Source: Caldisericia bacterium
GTDB lineage: Bacteria; Caldisericota; Caldisericia; JAAYUI01
Direction: 5' to 3'
Assembly: GCA_963674785.1 (NCBI GenBank)
Contig: OY771555.1
Coordinates: 1,760,001-1,824,000 of the forward strand
DNA length: 64,000 bases
The stretch's first letter is position 1. Every line of letters begins with the position of its first letter. Made by a program: the position numbers and the translations under genes. Positions 20,738-30,598 of this stretch are shown one piece after another. The notes beneath the pieces are model-generated. The model searched no databases, was not told where the DNA came from, and saw only the letters and a program-made list of their open reading frames with translations.

Positions 20738-21807
20738 TGAAATACGTAAGAATTATTGTCACAGCAGTGGTTTGCTTAGCTTTCTTAGTTTTTGCATTTC
20801 TTATCAGAGACGATTTTATAACCGAAAAAGTTCAAGCAGAACTCACAAACCACTCAATCCTTGAATACAGGGATGGTGCGTCAGTATACATTGCTGAAGA
20901 GGACAATAATTCTAAGATTTATTTTGGTAAGGTTGGATCATCAAGTTTATTCGGTGTAGGCGCTCTCGCATTGGATGAAAACGCAAATATATTCACATCA
21001 GGTTTGAGGGTAAAATCTGACAACAAAGACCTTGTTTTTCCAAAACTGACTGACGTTTTATCTGTAGTTGTATCACCAAATTCAAAATATATTGCGGCTA
21101 TCTCAATTGACGGGTCAATGGATATTTTTGATCTAACTACAAATGAAAAAACATTTTCAACATCAACAAATCAAAAGGTCAACATAAAGAATCCTTTTGA
21201 ATTCGGAAATATTTCTGCTCCACCTTATGTTTTTTACTGCGGAGAACGATTTGTGTTTTCCATGGTTGAGTCAGAAGAGATATACTGGGGTATTCCACAG
21301 AAAACCCGAAGTGAAATCATAAGAGTAAACCCAAAAGATGGTAGTATTAGTAATCTTTTGGGTGAGGAATATGATGAGTTTGTTTTTGAGATAATGGGCA
21401 AAATTGATAATGACCATCTCCTTGTACATCTGAAACCATCAGACCTAAATTCGCTAATCAATCCCGATATAGCTTCAATAGATGTTAATAATGGCAATCT
21501 CAAAAAACTTAACAGTCAACTTGAAAATATCATCGGCTACAGTAAAAGAACCAACTCAGTTTATTATACTGATGATCAAGAGATTTTTTCAAAAAGGATT
21601 TTTTCTGACAAAATCTCGGAGGATAAAAAAAGAGTTAACATAAAATCCAAAACCACCGATGAAAATAGTTTTATTATTCTAAATTCTAGAATCACATCCA
21701 GCGGGTACATATTTCACCAAACTCCAAGCCAAGTTGAACAAAACATTCTGCTTGACCCTAAAACCGAAATCCCCGTCTTTTTGGATAAACAAAGGATACC
21801 GTACTAA
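20737..21807 (+). CDS. Hypothetical exported protein, possibly beta-propeller
   Basis: N-terminal TM/signal helix, VSPNSKYIA WD40/TolB-like segment; TAATG coupling to secA. Confidence 0.6.
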   Translation: MKYVRIIVTAVVCLAFLVFAFLIRDDFITEKVQAELTNHSILEYRDGASVYIAEEDNNSKIYFGKVGSSSLFGVGALALDENANIFTSGLRVKSDNKDLVFPKLTDVLSVVVSPNSKYIAAISIDGSMDIFDLTTNEKTFSTSTNQKVNIKNPFEFGNISAPPYVFYCGERFVFSMVESEEIYWGIPQKTRSEIIRVNPKDGSISNLLGEEYDEFVFEIMGKIDNDHLLVHLKPSDLNSLINPDIASIDVNNGNLKKLNSQLENIIGYSKRTNSVYYTDDQEIFSKRIFSDKISEDKKRVNIKSKTTDENSFIILNSRITSSGYIFHQTPSQVEQNILLDPKTEIPVFLDKQRIPY

Positions 21808-21808
21808 A

Positions 21809-22910
21809 ATGCTTGATGACGAACTAATTAGACAACACACGAAGGTTTGGACCAGATATGGTCAGGCCAAGGAGTTTCTTTGACCATCTGATTCCAAAAA
21901 GGGATGAGCTTCAAGAAGAGCTTGAAAAACCAGAGCTTTGGTCTGATCCTGAAAAGGCTTCAAAACTCAACAAAGAACTGACATTTATCAAAGGGCGTTT
22001 GGGTGAAGTTGAAGATGTCAAAAAGATACTTGATGAGTCTGATGTTTTACTTGAATTCTCAAGAGAAGAGGATTCTTCAATTGCTGATCTCAGAGACTCC
22101 ATAAATAAAGCAAATGATCTTTTAGAGTCAATTGAGCTAAAGAATCTTATGTCTGGTCGATTTGACCAGGGCAATGCTTTCTTATCGTTTTCAGCAGGAG
22201 CTGGAGGAGTTGACGCTCAGGACTGGACAGAGATGCTCATCAGAATGTACACAAGATGGGCAACCGAACACGGATACCATGTGAAGGTTACCGATAGGTC
22301 GGTTGGTGATGAAGCTGGAATAAAATCCGCTACACTCTACATTGAGGGCGAATATGCCTTTGGATTCCTTAAAAGCGAAAAGGGTGTCCACAGACTTGTA
22401 AGGATTTCGCCATTTGATTCAAACCACAGGAGACACACATCTTTTTCGTATGTTGAAGTGTTGCCAGAAATTGCACCCGCAGAACAGATTACGATTGATC
22501 CTAAAGATTTAAGAATTGATGTTTTCAACGCATCAGGACACGGCGGACAGAACGTTCAGAAAAACGCAACGGCAGTCAGAATCACACATCTTCCAACAAA
22601 AACTGTTGTTGCCTGTCAAAATGAACGCTCACAACTCATGAACAAAAACATGGCAATGAAAGTTCTGCAATCCAGGCTTCAGAAGCTTGAGGATGAAAGA
22701 CAAGCCGCAAAAGAAAAAGATCTTCGAGGCCCAAGAGTCTCCATTGAATGGGGAAACCAAATCAGGTCTTATGTTCTTCAGCCATATACAATCGTAAAAG
22801 ACAATAGAACAGGTGTTGAGATTGGGAATGTCACAAAGGTTCTCGAAGGTGATCTTGATGCTCTCATCTGGGGTTATCTAAAGTGGAAAGCAAAAGCAGA
22901 AGCTTCATAG
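21809..22910 (+). CDS. prfB: Peptide chain release factor 2 with programmed +1 frameshift
   Basis: ATG 21809 reads 24 codons to CTT-TGA-C (21878-21884); +1 frame carries SPF and GGQ motifs. Confidence 0.96.
21870..21884 (+). promoter_or_regulatory. prfB autoregulatory +1 frameshift site
   Basis: AGGAG internal SD, 3-nt spacer, CTT TGA C. Confidence 0.95.
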
Positions 22911-24745
22911 TAGGAACAGCAGGTCACGTCGACCATGGTAAGTCTGAGCTGATCCATCGAATAACAAATGTCGACCCAGACAGACTACCTGAAGAAAAAG
23001 AACGAAGTATGACAATCGTGCTTGGATTTGCTCCGCTTGATCTACCATCAAGAAAAAGATGTGGTGTTGTAGATGTTCCCGGTCACGAGCGGCTTGTAAA
23101 AAGGATGCTTGTTGGAGCCGTTGGATTTGACCTTGTATTGTTCGTAATCGCCTGTGATGAAGGACCACAAAAACAGACAGAGGAACATCTGGATATCCTG
23201 AATTATCTCGGTATAAAAAATGGGATAATTGTTCTAAATAAAGCTGATTTACCTCACGATAACGAGAAACTGATGACTGATGTCGGCAATCTTTTGAAGG
23301 GCACAACCCTTGAAGGATCTGAGATTGTGAAAGTAAGCTCAATCACAGGTGAAGGGATTGGTAAGCTTTTAGAAACAATCGATGCAACTCTTGATAGAAC
23401 CACACCTAAGCCAATAGACATGCCTGTATTTATGCCAATCGACAGAAAGTTTTTTGTGAAGGGAATCGGGCTTATTGTCGGAGGCACTCTCTGGCAGGGA
23501 GAGCTGAAGATTGGCGATAAGGTAGAGATTTTCCCATCAGGCAAAAAATTCAAGATAAAATCGCTTGAAAGCTTTGAAGAGGAGCTTCAAACTGCTGATG
23601 CTGGAAACAGGTATGCCCTTAGGTTTCAAGGAATAGAAAAAGACGATATTGAAACCGGCAATATTTTGATTTCACCAAACAGATTCAAAAAATACTCTGT
23701 TTTTGATGCCAAAATCAAACTCTCCACAAAGCTAAAAAAATACACAAGACTGAAGATTCACATCGACACAATAGAACAGGAAGTCGATATTATAAGAATC
23801 GGTGATGATTACATCAGGGTAAATCTCGAAACACCTCTGCCCATCACAAGGGGTGCAAGGTTTATCCTAAGAAAAATTGCACCAAATGATACAATTGGTG
23901 GAGGGGTTGTTTTAAATCCTGCCCCAAAAACAAAGCCAAACAACCCTGATACTCTCAAGTATCTAGGCACAATATCAAATTCAAACGATGAGGATTATCT
24001 TGATGGATTTATATCCAAAAGCAGGAATGACTTTTTAAAAACAGATGAATTGAGATTTAAGGTCAATTGGTCTGATAAACGTTTTGATGATTTCATTTCA
24101 AATGGGAAATACTACAAGGTTGAAGATTTGATCATCTCAAAGGAAATATTTGATGAGACAACAAGAAAACTATCGAAAGAGATAACAAAGTATTTTTCAG
24201 AAAATAAAAGTGTTGTCGTTTTACCGGTAAACAATGCAAAGGGGAAATTTCTACCTGAGGTATCTACAAAACTTTTTACACAAGTTTTGAATTCATCAAT
24301 AAAAAAGCCCCTCACTATCGATGGTTCTAAAATTATTAATAGCTCAAAGCAAGTAAAAATGTCTCCCGTTGAAGAAAAACTTGAGAAAATGTTTTTACTA
24401 GACTTATTCTCTCCACCAAAACTTGCCCAGGTAAAAAGTGCAAAGGTTTTTTCAGGGCAAGAGAGGGAGCTGAATCATGCGATCTCTAACTTCATCACCA
24501 ATCGAGTAATCTTTAAAGCAACAAGTGAGATATATTTTCACAAAAAATCCATTATTAAGGGATTTATAGTAATGAAATCAATTATTGAGAAAAACAAATC
24601 AGCAAAACTTGCTGATTTTAGAGATAAAGCAAATACAAGCAGAAAGTACGCTCAAGCTTTCCTAGAACTTCTTGATGCCCTGGGTTTAACAAGAAGACAA
24701 GGTGACGTGAGAGTACTTGGTCCAAAAGCTGTTGACCTCAAGTAG
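22883..24745 (+). CDS. selB: Selenocysteine-specific elongation factor SelB
   Basis: [30 protein letters not shown]; C-terminal winged helix [13 protein letters not shown]; tRNA-Sec immediately downstream. Confidence 0.96.
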   Translation: MESKSRSFIVGTAGHVDHGKSELIHRITNVDPDRLPEEKERSMTIVLGFAPLDLPSRKRCGVVDVPGHERLVKRMLVGAVGFDLVLFVIACDEGPQKQTEEHLDILNYLGIKNGIIVLNKADLPHDNEKLMTDVGNLLKGTTLEGSEIVKVSSITGEGIGKLLETIDATLDRTTPKPIDMPVFMPIDRKFFVKGIGLIVGGTLWQGELKIGDKVEIFPSGKKFKIKSLESFEEELQTADAGNRYALRFQGIEKDDIETGNILISPNRFKKYSVFDAKIKLSTKLKKYTRLKIHIDTIEQEVDIIRIGDDYIRVNLETPLPITRGARFILRKIAPNDTIGGGVVLNPAPKTKPNNPDTLKYLGTISNSNDEDYLDGFISKSRNDFLKTDELRFKVNWSDKRFDDFISNGKYYKVEDLIISKEIFDETTRKLSKEITKYFSENKSVVVLPVNNAKGKFLPEVSTKLFTQVLNSSIKKPLTIDGSKIINSSKQVKMSPVEEKLEKMFLLDLFSPPKLAQVKSAKVFSGQERELNHAISNFITNRVIFKATSEIYFHKKSIIKGFIVMKSIIEKNKSAKLADFRDKANTSRKYAQAFLELLDALGLTRRQGDVRVLGPKAVDLK

Positions 24746-24748
24746 ATG

Positions 24749-24767
24749 TTTGCATATCATATGCAAA
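24749..24767. repeat. Perfect 9-bp inverted repeat between selB and selC
   Basis: TTTGCATAT-C-ATATGCAAA. Confidence 0.7.
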
Positions 24768-24781
24768 TGACAAGTGAATTC

Positions 24782-24873
24782 GGGGGTGGTTGGGTCCTGG
24801 TGGGCCTCCTGGTCTTCAAAATCAGTGTGGGGCTGTCGTCCCGGGTAGGTTCGATTCCTATGCACTCCCGCCA
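24782..24873 (+). tRNA. selC: tRNA-Sec (TCA)
   Basis: 6-bp D stem with TGGT loop, CT-TCA-AA anticodon loop (24816-24818), long variable arm, GGTTCGATTCC, GCCA end. Confidence 0.96.
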
Positions 24874-24900
24874 ACAAATTTCGTCTCCTGGAGAATTTAG

Positions 24901-25559
24901 GTGAATCTTATTGTAATTGGTTGTGGAAGAGTTGGTTCTATGCTGGCAACTCTTATGTCTGCAGATGGACACAATGTGACCGTTATCGACAGAGACTCTG
25001 GTTCTTTTAAAAAGCTTCCCATAGCTTTTACCGGCACAAAAATCGTGGGTATCGAGTTTGAATCGAAGGTATTGAAAGAAGCAGGCGTTGAGACATGTGA
25101 TGCTGTAGCTGTTGTTACAGAATCTGATAATATCAACATAATGGTTGCAGAAACCATAAGGAATCTTTTTGAAAACAAATGGGTCGTAACAAGGATTTAC
25201 GATCCAAGGAAAAAGAAGACTTATGAACGATTGAATCTTAGGTCTGTCTGCCCAACCACACTTGGTGCTTATCAAATGTATGCTGAAATCCTTTCGTTTA
25301 AACTTGGGTCTAAGCTTCCACTCAATAACGGAGATTTTGAGCTTATAGAGCTTTCACAAGAAAAAATGAATTTCACAGAAACTTCTGACATAATCAAGTT
25401 TGAAAAAAATACGGTTCTAAGGTTGTCGGAATAAGAACAAAGTCAAAACTATTGTTTCCATGGATTGAAGGTTTTCCAGAGGATATCAGATCGTGGATTG
25501 TAATGGCCCCAACACTCAGGCTTAGAAAAATAGTTGATGTATTTCAAGAGGTAGAATAA
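24901..25559 (+). CDS. trkA: TrkA/KtrA potassium-uptake regulatory subunit, split by a -1 frameshift at about 25404-25410
   Basis: GCGRVG NAD-binding motif; 0-frame stops at 25434, -1 frame continues KYGSKVVGIRT...QEVE to TAA 25557-25559, which overlaps the next ATG. Confidence 0.75.
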
Positions 25560-26227
25560 TGTACATTGTAATAGTTGGTGGAGGAAAAGTAGGTCTCAAT
25601 CTAACAAAGCTTCTAGAGTCACAAAACCATGATGTTGCAGTTATAGAGATCGAACCCAAAAGATGTGCAAGAATAGTTGAAGAAACAAACGCTCTTGTAA
25701 TTCAGGGTGACGGCTCAGATATCAGATACCTTGAGGATGCCAACTGTGGAACAGCCGATGTTTTGGTAACTGTTACCGGAAGGGACGAGGACAACCTGGT
25801 TGCATGTCAATTGGCAAAGGCTGCCTTTTCTGTTCCAAAGGTAATCGCCAGAGTTAATAACCCAAGTAACACCGAACTATTCAAAGCCCTCAGTGTTGAT
25901 GTCACTTTCGACAGTACACAGATATTATCGAAGCTTATCCACGAAGGTCTCGGAATTCAGGATTTGATAAATCTCGCACCTATTGCAAAAGGAAAACTTC
26001 AAATAGTTGAAACAAGGATATGCAACCCATCTCTATTTGGAAAACGACTCATCGACCTTAGTCTTGGTGAAAAAGGCATACTTGTTGTTTCAATAATCAG
26101 AAATGATGATGTAATTATTCCTTATGGTGCGACAGTTCTTGAGGAAAATGATGAGATAATTGTTGTTATCACCAATGAGGCTGAGGAAGATTTCAAGAAA
26201 CTGATCACGTGCAGAAATGACAAATAA
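25559..26227 (+). CDS. trkA: TrkA/KtrA potassium-uptake regulatory subunit
   Basis: GGGKVG, IQGDGSD, TGRDEDNL; TrkA_C LVVSIIR...IPYGATVLEEND. Confidence 0.93.
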   Translation: MYIVIVGGGKVGLNLTKLLESQNHDVAVIEIEPKRCARIVEETNALVIQGDGSDIRYLEDANCGTADVLVTVTGRDEDNLVACQLAKAAFSVPKVIARVNNPSNTELFKALSVDVTFDSTQILSKLIHEGLGIQDLINLAPIAKGKLQIVETRICNPSLFGKRLIDLSLGEKGILVVSIIRNDDVIIPYGATVLEENDEIIVVITNEAEEDFKKLITCRNDK

Positions 26228-26429
26228 AAACAACAAGAAAGTTACAATGCCTCAATCATATTTATCAAAACAGGTCTCTATAAACTGGGCATCGAAGCAG
26301 GAAAACCCTGATAGAAGACCGGTTAGTGAGTCCATCAATGGCTTTTTCTCTGAAATGCTTTTTGCTGTGACAGTATTTCTAATACTCACAGCAATAGTCG
26401 TATCAATCTGGCTGGTATTTCTAATATGA
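26217..26429 (+). CDS. Small single-TM hypothetical protein
   Basis: Overlaps both neighbours; C-terminal hydrophobic helix. Confidence 0.55.
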   Translation: MTNKNNKKVTMPQSYLSKQVSINWASKQENPDRRPVSESINGFFSEMLFAVTVFLILTAIVVSIWLVFLI

Positions 26430-27937
26430 TAAGAAGAGTAACAAAACAAGATTTTACAATAGTATTTCACTATGTTGGTAGGATTATCCTTGGTATAGGA
26501 TTTATTATGCTTGTTCCGCTTGTGACTAGCCTTCTAAGCAAAGAATTCTCTGCTGCAGTTGATTTTGTTATAGGTGGTTCAATCTGTTTCATATTTGGTC
26601 TACTGGTAATAAAGTTTTTCAAAACAGAGAAATCTCCAGAGCTTTTTCATGCGATGCTTATCACTGCGATAACATGGTTGATTGCATGCCTATTCGGAGC
26701 CATCCCGCACTACCTCTCAGGACATTTCGGTTCATACCTTGATGCTTATTTTGATGTTATGTCAGGTTTTACAACAACTGGACTATCAATAATAAAAGAC
26801 CTTGACCACGTGAGTAATGGTTTGAATATGTGGAGGCATATCCTGACTTTTGTTGGAGGTCAGGGGATTGTTGTGCTTGCATTAACATTCCTTGTAAAGG
26901 CGAGTGGTGGAGCATTCAAAATCATGGCTGGTGAAGGAAAAGATGAAGCCCTTGTGCCATCTGTTAAACACACCTCACACATCATTTGGAATATTTCACT
27001 CTGGATGCTTGTTGCAGGAACTCTCGTTTTATCCGTTATCGCATGGATAGACGGCTTCTCTTTTAGTAGAGGATTGCTTCACGGAATGTGGATGTTCATG
27101 TCAGCATGGAGTACCGGTGGATTTGCCCCAATGTCTCAAAATGCAATCTTTTATCACTCTTTCGCATTTGAAATTGGAAACCAAATCTTCATGATTCTCG
27201 GTTCTTTTAACTTCGTTCTTCACTACAAAGTTTGGCGCGGGAAAACAAATGAGCTCTGGAAAAACATCGAAATCCGATCGTTTCTGATCACAATGAGTAT
27301 TTCTTTGTTCCTGGTAACAGTTGGTCTTGCAGCAGGTGGGATTTTTAATGGACTCGGTTCCCTTATTCGAAGAGGTCTTTTTATCATGCTTTCAGCTCAC
27401 ACTGGCACAGGTCAGATGACAATATATGCTGCACAATTCAATCACTCCTGGGCTCAAATGGCGATGCTTGGTGTTTTTATCGCCATGATTATCGGTGGCT
27501 CGATGGCATCCACAGCAGGTGGATTAAAGAACATGAGGGTGGCAGTCATCTTCAAGGGGATATGGCACGAGGTAAAAAGGATTATCTCACCAGAGTCAGC
27601 ATATATTTCCACAAAATACCACCACGTAAAAGACATGACCATCAATTCAGATCTTGTAAGACAGGCTGCGTTGATCGTTCTATCATTCTTTGCACTTTTT
27701 ACAATTGGAACAATTGCAGGACTATTCTGCAATTATTCTCTCGACAGATCAGGTTTTGAGGCAATTTCAGCGGGAGCTAATGTTGGACTTTCCAACGGCA
27801 TAACCTCATACGCCATGCCAACGTTCTTGAAAGTAATGTATATCTTCCTTATGTGGGTTGGAAGACTCGAGTTTATGGCAGTTTATGTCTTCTTTGGTGC
27901 AATTGGCATAATGGTTTTAAAAAGGAAAAAAGCATGA
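26426..27937 (+). CDS. trkH: TrkH family potassium uptake membrane protein
   Basis: SGFTTTG, STGGF, STAGGLK, GRLE motifs, many TM helices. Confidence 0.94.
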   Translation: MIRRVTKQDFTIVFHYVGRIILGIGFIMLVPLVTSLLSKEFSAAVDFVIGGSICFIFGLLVIKFFKTEKSPELFHAMLITAITWLIACLFGAIPHYLSGHFGSYLDAYFDVMSGFTTTGLSIIKDLDHVSNGLNMWRHILTFVGGQGIVVLALTFLVKASGGAFKIMAGEGKDEALVPSVKHTSHIIWNISLWMLVAGTLVLSVIAWIDGFSFSRGLLHGMWMFMSAWSTGGFAPMSQNAIFYHSFAFEIGNQIFMILGSFNFVLHYKVWRGKTNELWKNIEIRSFLITMSISLFLVTVGLAAGGIFNGLGSLIRRGLFIMLSAHTGTGQMTIYAAQFNHSWAQMAMLGVFIAMIIGGSMASTAGGLKNMRVAVIFKGIWHEVKRIISPESAYISTKYHHVKDMTINSDLVRQAALIVLSFFALFTIGTIAGLFCNYSLDRSGFEAISAGANVGLSNGITSYAMPTFLKVMYIFLMWVGRLEFMAVYVFFGAIGIMVLKRKKA

Positions 27938-28530
27938 AAAGCAAAAAAATAATCACCCTATTCTTTGTAGCTCTTTTTTGTTTCTCCTTTTTTGTTCCCT
28001 TTGCCTTCTCCGGAGAATCTGAAGATAAGCTAGATAATCTTTTAAATAAGGACTATTTAACATCTGCTGAGGTTATTGAAAACGCAGATATTCTTGACGG
28101 TTATCTCATCACCATAAGAGGAGAAGTTATCGGTGAAGCTCTTGAGAGAAAAGACTACTGCTGGATCAACGTTTACGACAACGAAAACTTCATTTCAATA
28201 GGTGTTTTGACAGATTTAGAAATGATTTCAGATATTGAATTTTGGGGTGGTCACAGAGTAACCGGAAACACTGTTAAGATAAAAGGAAAAGTCTTTCGAG
28301 CTGACCCTTTTGCTGATGGCGAACTCGACATACACGCTGAATCAATAAGTGTCTTGGAAGATATTTTTGCTGGATACAAACCAAATACAATTCCACCATG
28401 GAAGATGATTACAGCGATAGTTCTGGTTTTGATAATGTCATTTCTTATGATAGAAAATACTTATAATTTCTTCAAAAAGCGTGCAGAATCAAAAGATGTC
28501 CATGTGCTTGAACAATACATCGATGACTAA
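27934..28530 (+). CDS. Exported OB-fold-like protein with C-terminal TM anchor
   Basis: Start at ATGA overlap 27934; signal peptide; ITIRGEVIGE...GELDIHAE; C-terminal TM. Confidence 0.65.
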   Translation: MKSKKIITLFFVALFCFSFFVPFAFSGESEDKLDNLLNKDYLTSAEVIENADILDGYLITIRGEVIGEALERKDYCWINVYDNENFISIGVLTDLEMISDIEFWGGHRVTGNTVKIKGKVFRADPFADGELDIHAESISVLEDIFAGYKPNTIPPWKMITAIVLVLIMSFLMIENTYNFFKKRAESKDVHVLEQYIDD

Positions 28531-28746
28531 TTAATTTTTTTTATCCATTGCATCGGAAATTATCTTGTAATCTTCCTCAGATAGTGTTCCTGCTTCTTTG
28601 CTCTTCTTGATGTTTTCGAGTGTCTTCAAGTGATCAAGATCTTTATCGTATCTTCTCTTTTTCAGATACCACATAAGATAAAAAAACCCAATTACAAAAA
28701 GCAATAACATCGGTCCCAGAGTGTAATATATCCATTTTTCAGTCAT
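28531..28746 (-). CDS. Small single-TM hypothetical protein
   Basis: AGGAGG SD and TTGAAA-17nt-TAGAAT promoter upstream; TM helix plus SHOCT-like GTLSEEDY tail. Confidence 0.7.
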   Translation of the reverse strand: MTEKWIYYTLGPMLLLFVIGFFYLMWYLKKRRYDKDLDHLKTLENIKKSKEAGTLSEEDYKIISDAMDKKN

Positions 28747-28822
28747 TTATCACTTATCCTCCTAGCGCTCTAATTCTATCCAAAACATTTTAATTTTTCA
28801 ATTCACATTTATCTATATATAG

Positions 28823-28855
28823 AAAAATCCCCCTCGAAAAACTCGAGGGGGATTT
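28823..28855 (-). terminator. Rho-independent terminator
   Basis: AAATCCCCCTCGA/TCGAGGGGGATTT hairpin with U-tract on minus strand. Confidence 0.85.
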
Positions 28856-28887
28856 GCTAAGTCCTAAGTTTTTTATTTCAGGCTAGA

Positions 28888-29271
28888 TTACTTCTGTTCG
28901 TTGACCCAACCATAAACTCCTGTGAGAAGGAGAAGTCCAAGTGTTGCAACCCAGATTCCTGGCCAACCAAACATTCCTGCCCATCCACCAAATGTGTAGA
29001 ATGGAACTCCGCCACCGATTCCTGGAATAAGTCCAAGAACGATTGCAAGAGCGAGGAAAACGACTGCGTAGATTATTCCTACAAAGATTCCATTCATGAG
29101 ACCTTTGACATCTTTAAGGAAATATGCAAGTCCGCCGAAAAGAAGTGCGGTCATGATGATTCCCCAAATTGTTGTTCCTAAGACACCCATAAGACCAAGT
29201 AGCCATCCAAGTAACCAATAAACAATTCCAAGTACCAAAGCGTTAATAACGTGTTTCATATCAAATTCCAT
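28888..29271 (-). CDS. Small Gly-rich multi-TM protein (paralog A)
   Basis: GGAGG SD before ATG 29271 (MEFDMKHV); about four hydrophobic helices; similar to 29409..29798. Confidence 0.8.
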   Translation of the reverse strand: MEFDMKHVINALVLGIVYWLLGWLLGLMGVLGTTIWGIIMTALLFGGLAYFLKDVKGLMNGIFVGIIYAVVFLALAIVLGLIPGIGGGVPFYTFGGWAGMFGWPGIWVATLGLLLLTGVYGWVNEQK

Positions 29272-29346
29272 CTTATAAACCTCCAAGTATTTTTTGTCAG
29301 ACTCTCGCCTGCACATACTATGACTACCAGGTATAAAAAAGGTTAC

Positions 29347-29380
29347 AAAAGAAAAACCCCCACATATCTGCGGGGGTTTT
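29347..29380 (-). terminator. Rho-independent terminator
   Basis: AAAACCCCCACA-TATC-TGCGGGGGTTTT. Confidence 0.8.
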
Positions 29381-29408
29381 GGGTATCAAGAATTATTTTA
29401 CTTACTGA

Positions 29409-29798
29409 TTAATCACTCAAAGCGTGACAATAACCAAGTCCGACCACAAGCATTGTGACAGCAAGTGATGGTAGCCACAAACCATTTGGCCATGTAAAGA
29501 GAACATCCCATGACATTCCGGCATATGGGAATGGTGCAAAAACAGGAATTCCAAGCCATAATGTAACCATGTATAACCCAAGCCAGACAGCACAATACTG
29601 CAGACCTGCAAAAACTCCGTTAAGCATTCCTTTTACTGTGCGAAGAGCATAACCAGAGGCTGCAAAAAGAATCACAAGAACAAGCGCATGCCAGATAATG
29701 TTTCCAACGATTCCAAGGAAAGTACATCCCCATCCAACCAAAATATAGGTTGCACCGATAAGGAAAGCATACCAAAACTGTTTTACATCAAATTTCAT
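29409..29798 (-). CDS. Small multi-TM protein (paralog B)
   Basis: GGAG SD; MKFDVKQ...VKGMLNGVFAG...WP..W aligns by eye with paralog A. Confidence 0.8.
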   Translation of the reverse strand: MKFDVKQFWYAFLIGATYILVGWGCTFLGIVGNIIWHALVLVILFAASGYALRTVKGMLNGVFAGLQYCAVWLGLYMVTLWLGIPVFAPFPYAGMSWDVLFTWPNGLWLPSLAVTMLVVGLGYCHALSD

Positions 29799-29897
29799 TA
29801 TAAATACTCCATAATTTTATTAACAGATTTTCATCTGTCACGAACGAAAAATATTGCATTAAATATATCAATAAGTCAACTAGTAATAAAAACCAAT

Positions 29898-29926
29898 AAA
29901 AAACCCCCACACTTCTGTGGGGGTTT
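29898..29926 (-). terminator. Rho-independent terminator
   Basis: AAACCCCCACA-CTTC-TGTGGGGGTTT. Confidence 0.8.
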
Positions 29927-29947
29927 GAAACCAAAATTAAGTATTTA

Positions 29948-30460
29948 TCAACCGAGTTTTTCTTTGACCTGTTCGTCGAGGTTTCCTGGAAGATTTATTC
30001 CTGCTCCTGAGGCAAGATAATACACAAGAACCGCACCGACAAGAATATGACCAATTCCACCAAAGATATCAGCAAGTGCTTCAACATTCCACAATCCAAA
30101 AAGTCCAAAGAGGATAAATGCGATGATCTGTGCCCAAGCTAAAAGATTCAGCACAGTACTTTCACTTTTAACAAGTGCAAAAGCAAAGGAAAGATAAGCA
30201 AGACCTATACCAATATCGGCACCTGGAAGGAAATCAAAAGATATTCCACCAATTGCTGAAACTGTAAGAATAAGACCTATGACTGCCAGAATTTTGTTTT
30301 CTTTTAAAGAAATCACGAAAAGTAAAAATGCTACAATTGCAAAAAGGTAGATTGAAATTCCACCCATTTTTGGTACCTGCACAATATTAAGGAATGTTGC
30401 TACAACCCAAAGTGCGACGATCAAGATAAATCCATAAGCATTCATTTTGTTTTTAAACAT
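29948..30460 (-). CDS. Hypothetical multi-TM membrane protein
   Basis: GGAGG SD, about six hydrophobic segments. Confidence 0.75.
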   Translation of the reverse strand: MFKNKMNAYGFILIVALWVVATFLNIVQVPKMGGISIYLFAIVAFLLFVISLKENKILAVIGLILTVSAIGGISFDFLPGADIGIGLAYLSFAFALVKSESTVLNLLAWAQIIAFILFGLFGLWNVEALADIFGGIGHILVGAVLVYYLASGAGINLPGNLDEQVKEKLG

Positions 30461-30598
30461 GAGTATAACCTCCGGTTATTTCTTTTGTCAGGTTTCCCTG
30501 CACACCCTATGACCACCAATAAGAAAATTTGTTACAGTTTGCCAACAACACATACGATAGTCTTGCTAGCGGAACTTGAATCTGTTATATTCGAATTC

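Noticed and set aside
20229-20864. 211-aa alternative-frame ORF inside secA
   Set aside because: Shadow frame of a conserved gene; no RBS or recognisable motif
24686-25275. Minus-strand ORFs over selC/trkA
   Set aside because: Antisense to tRNA-Sec and trkA
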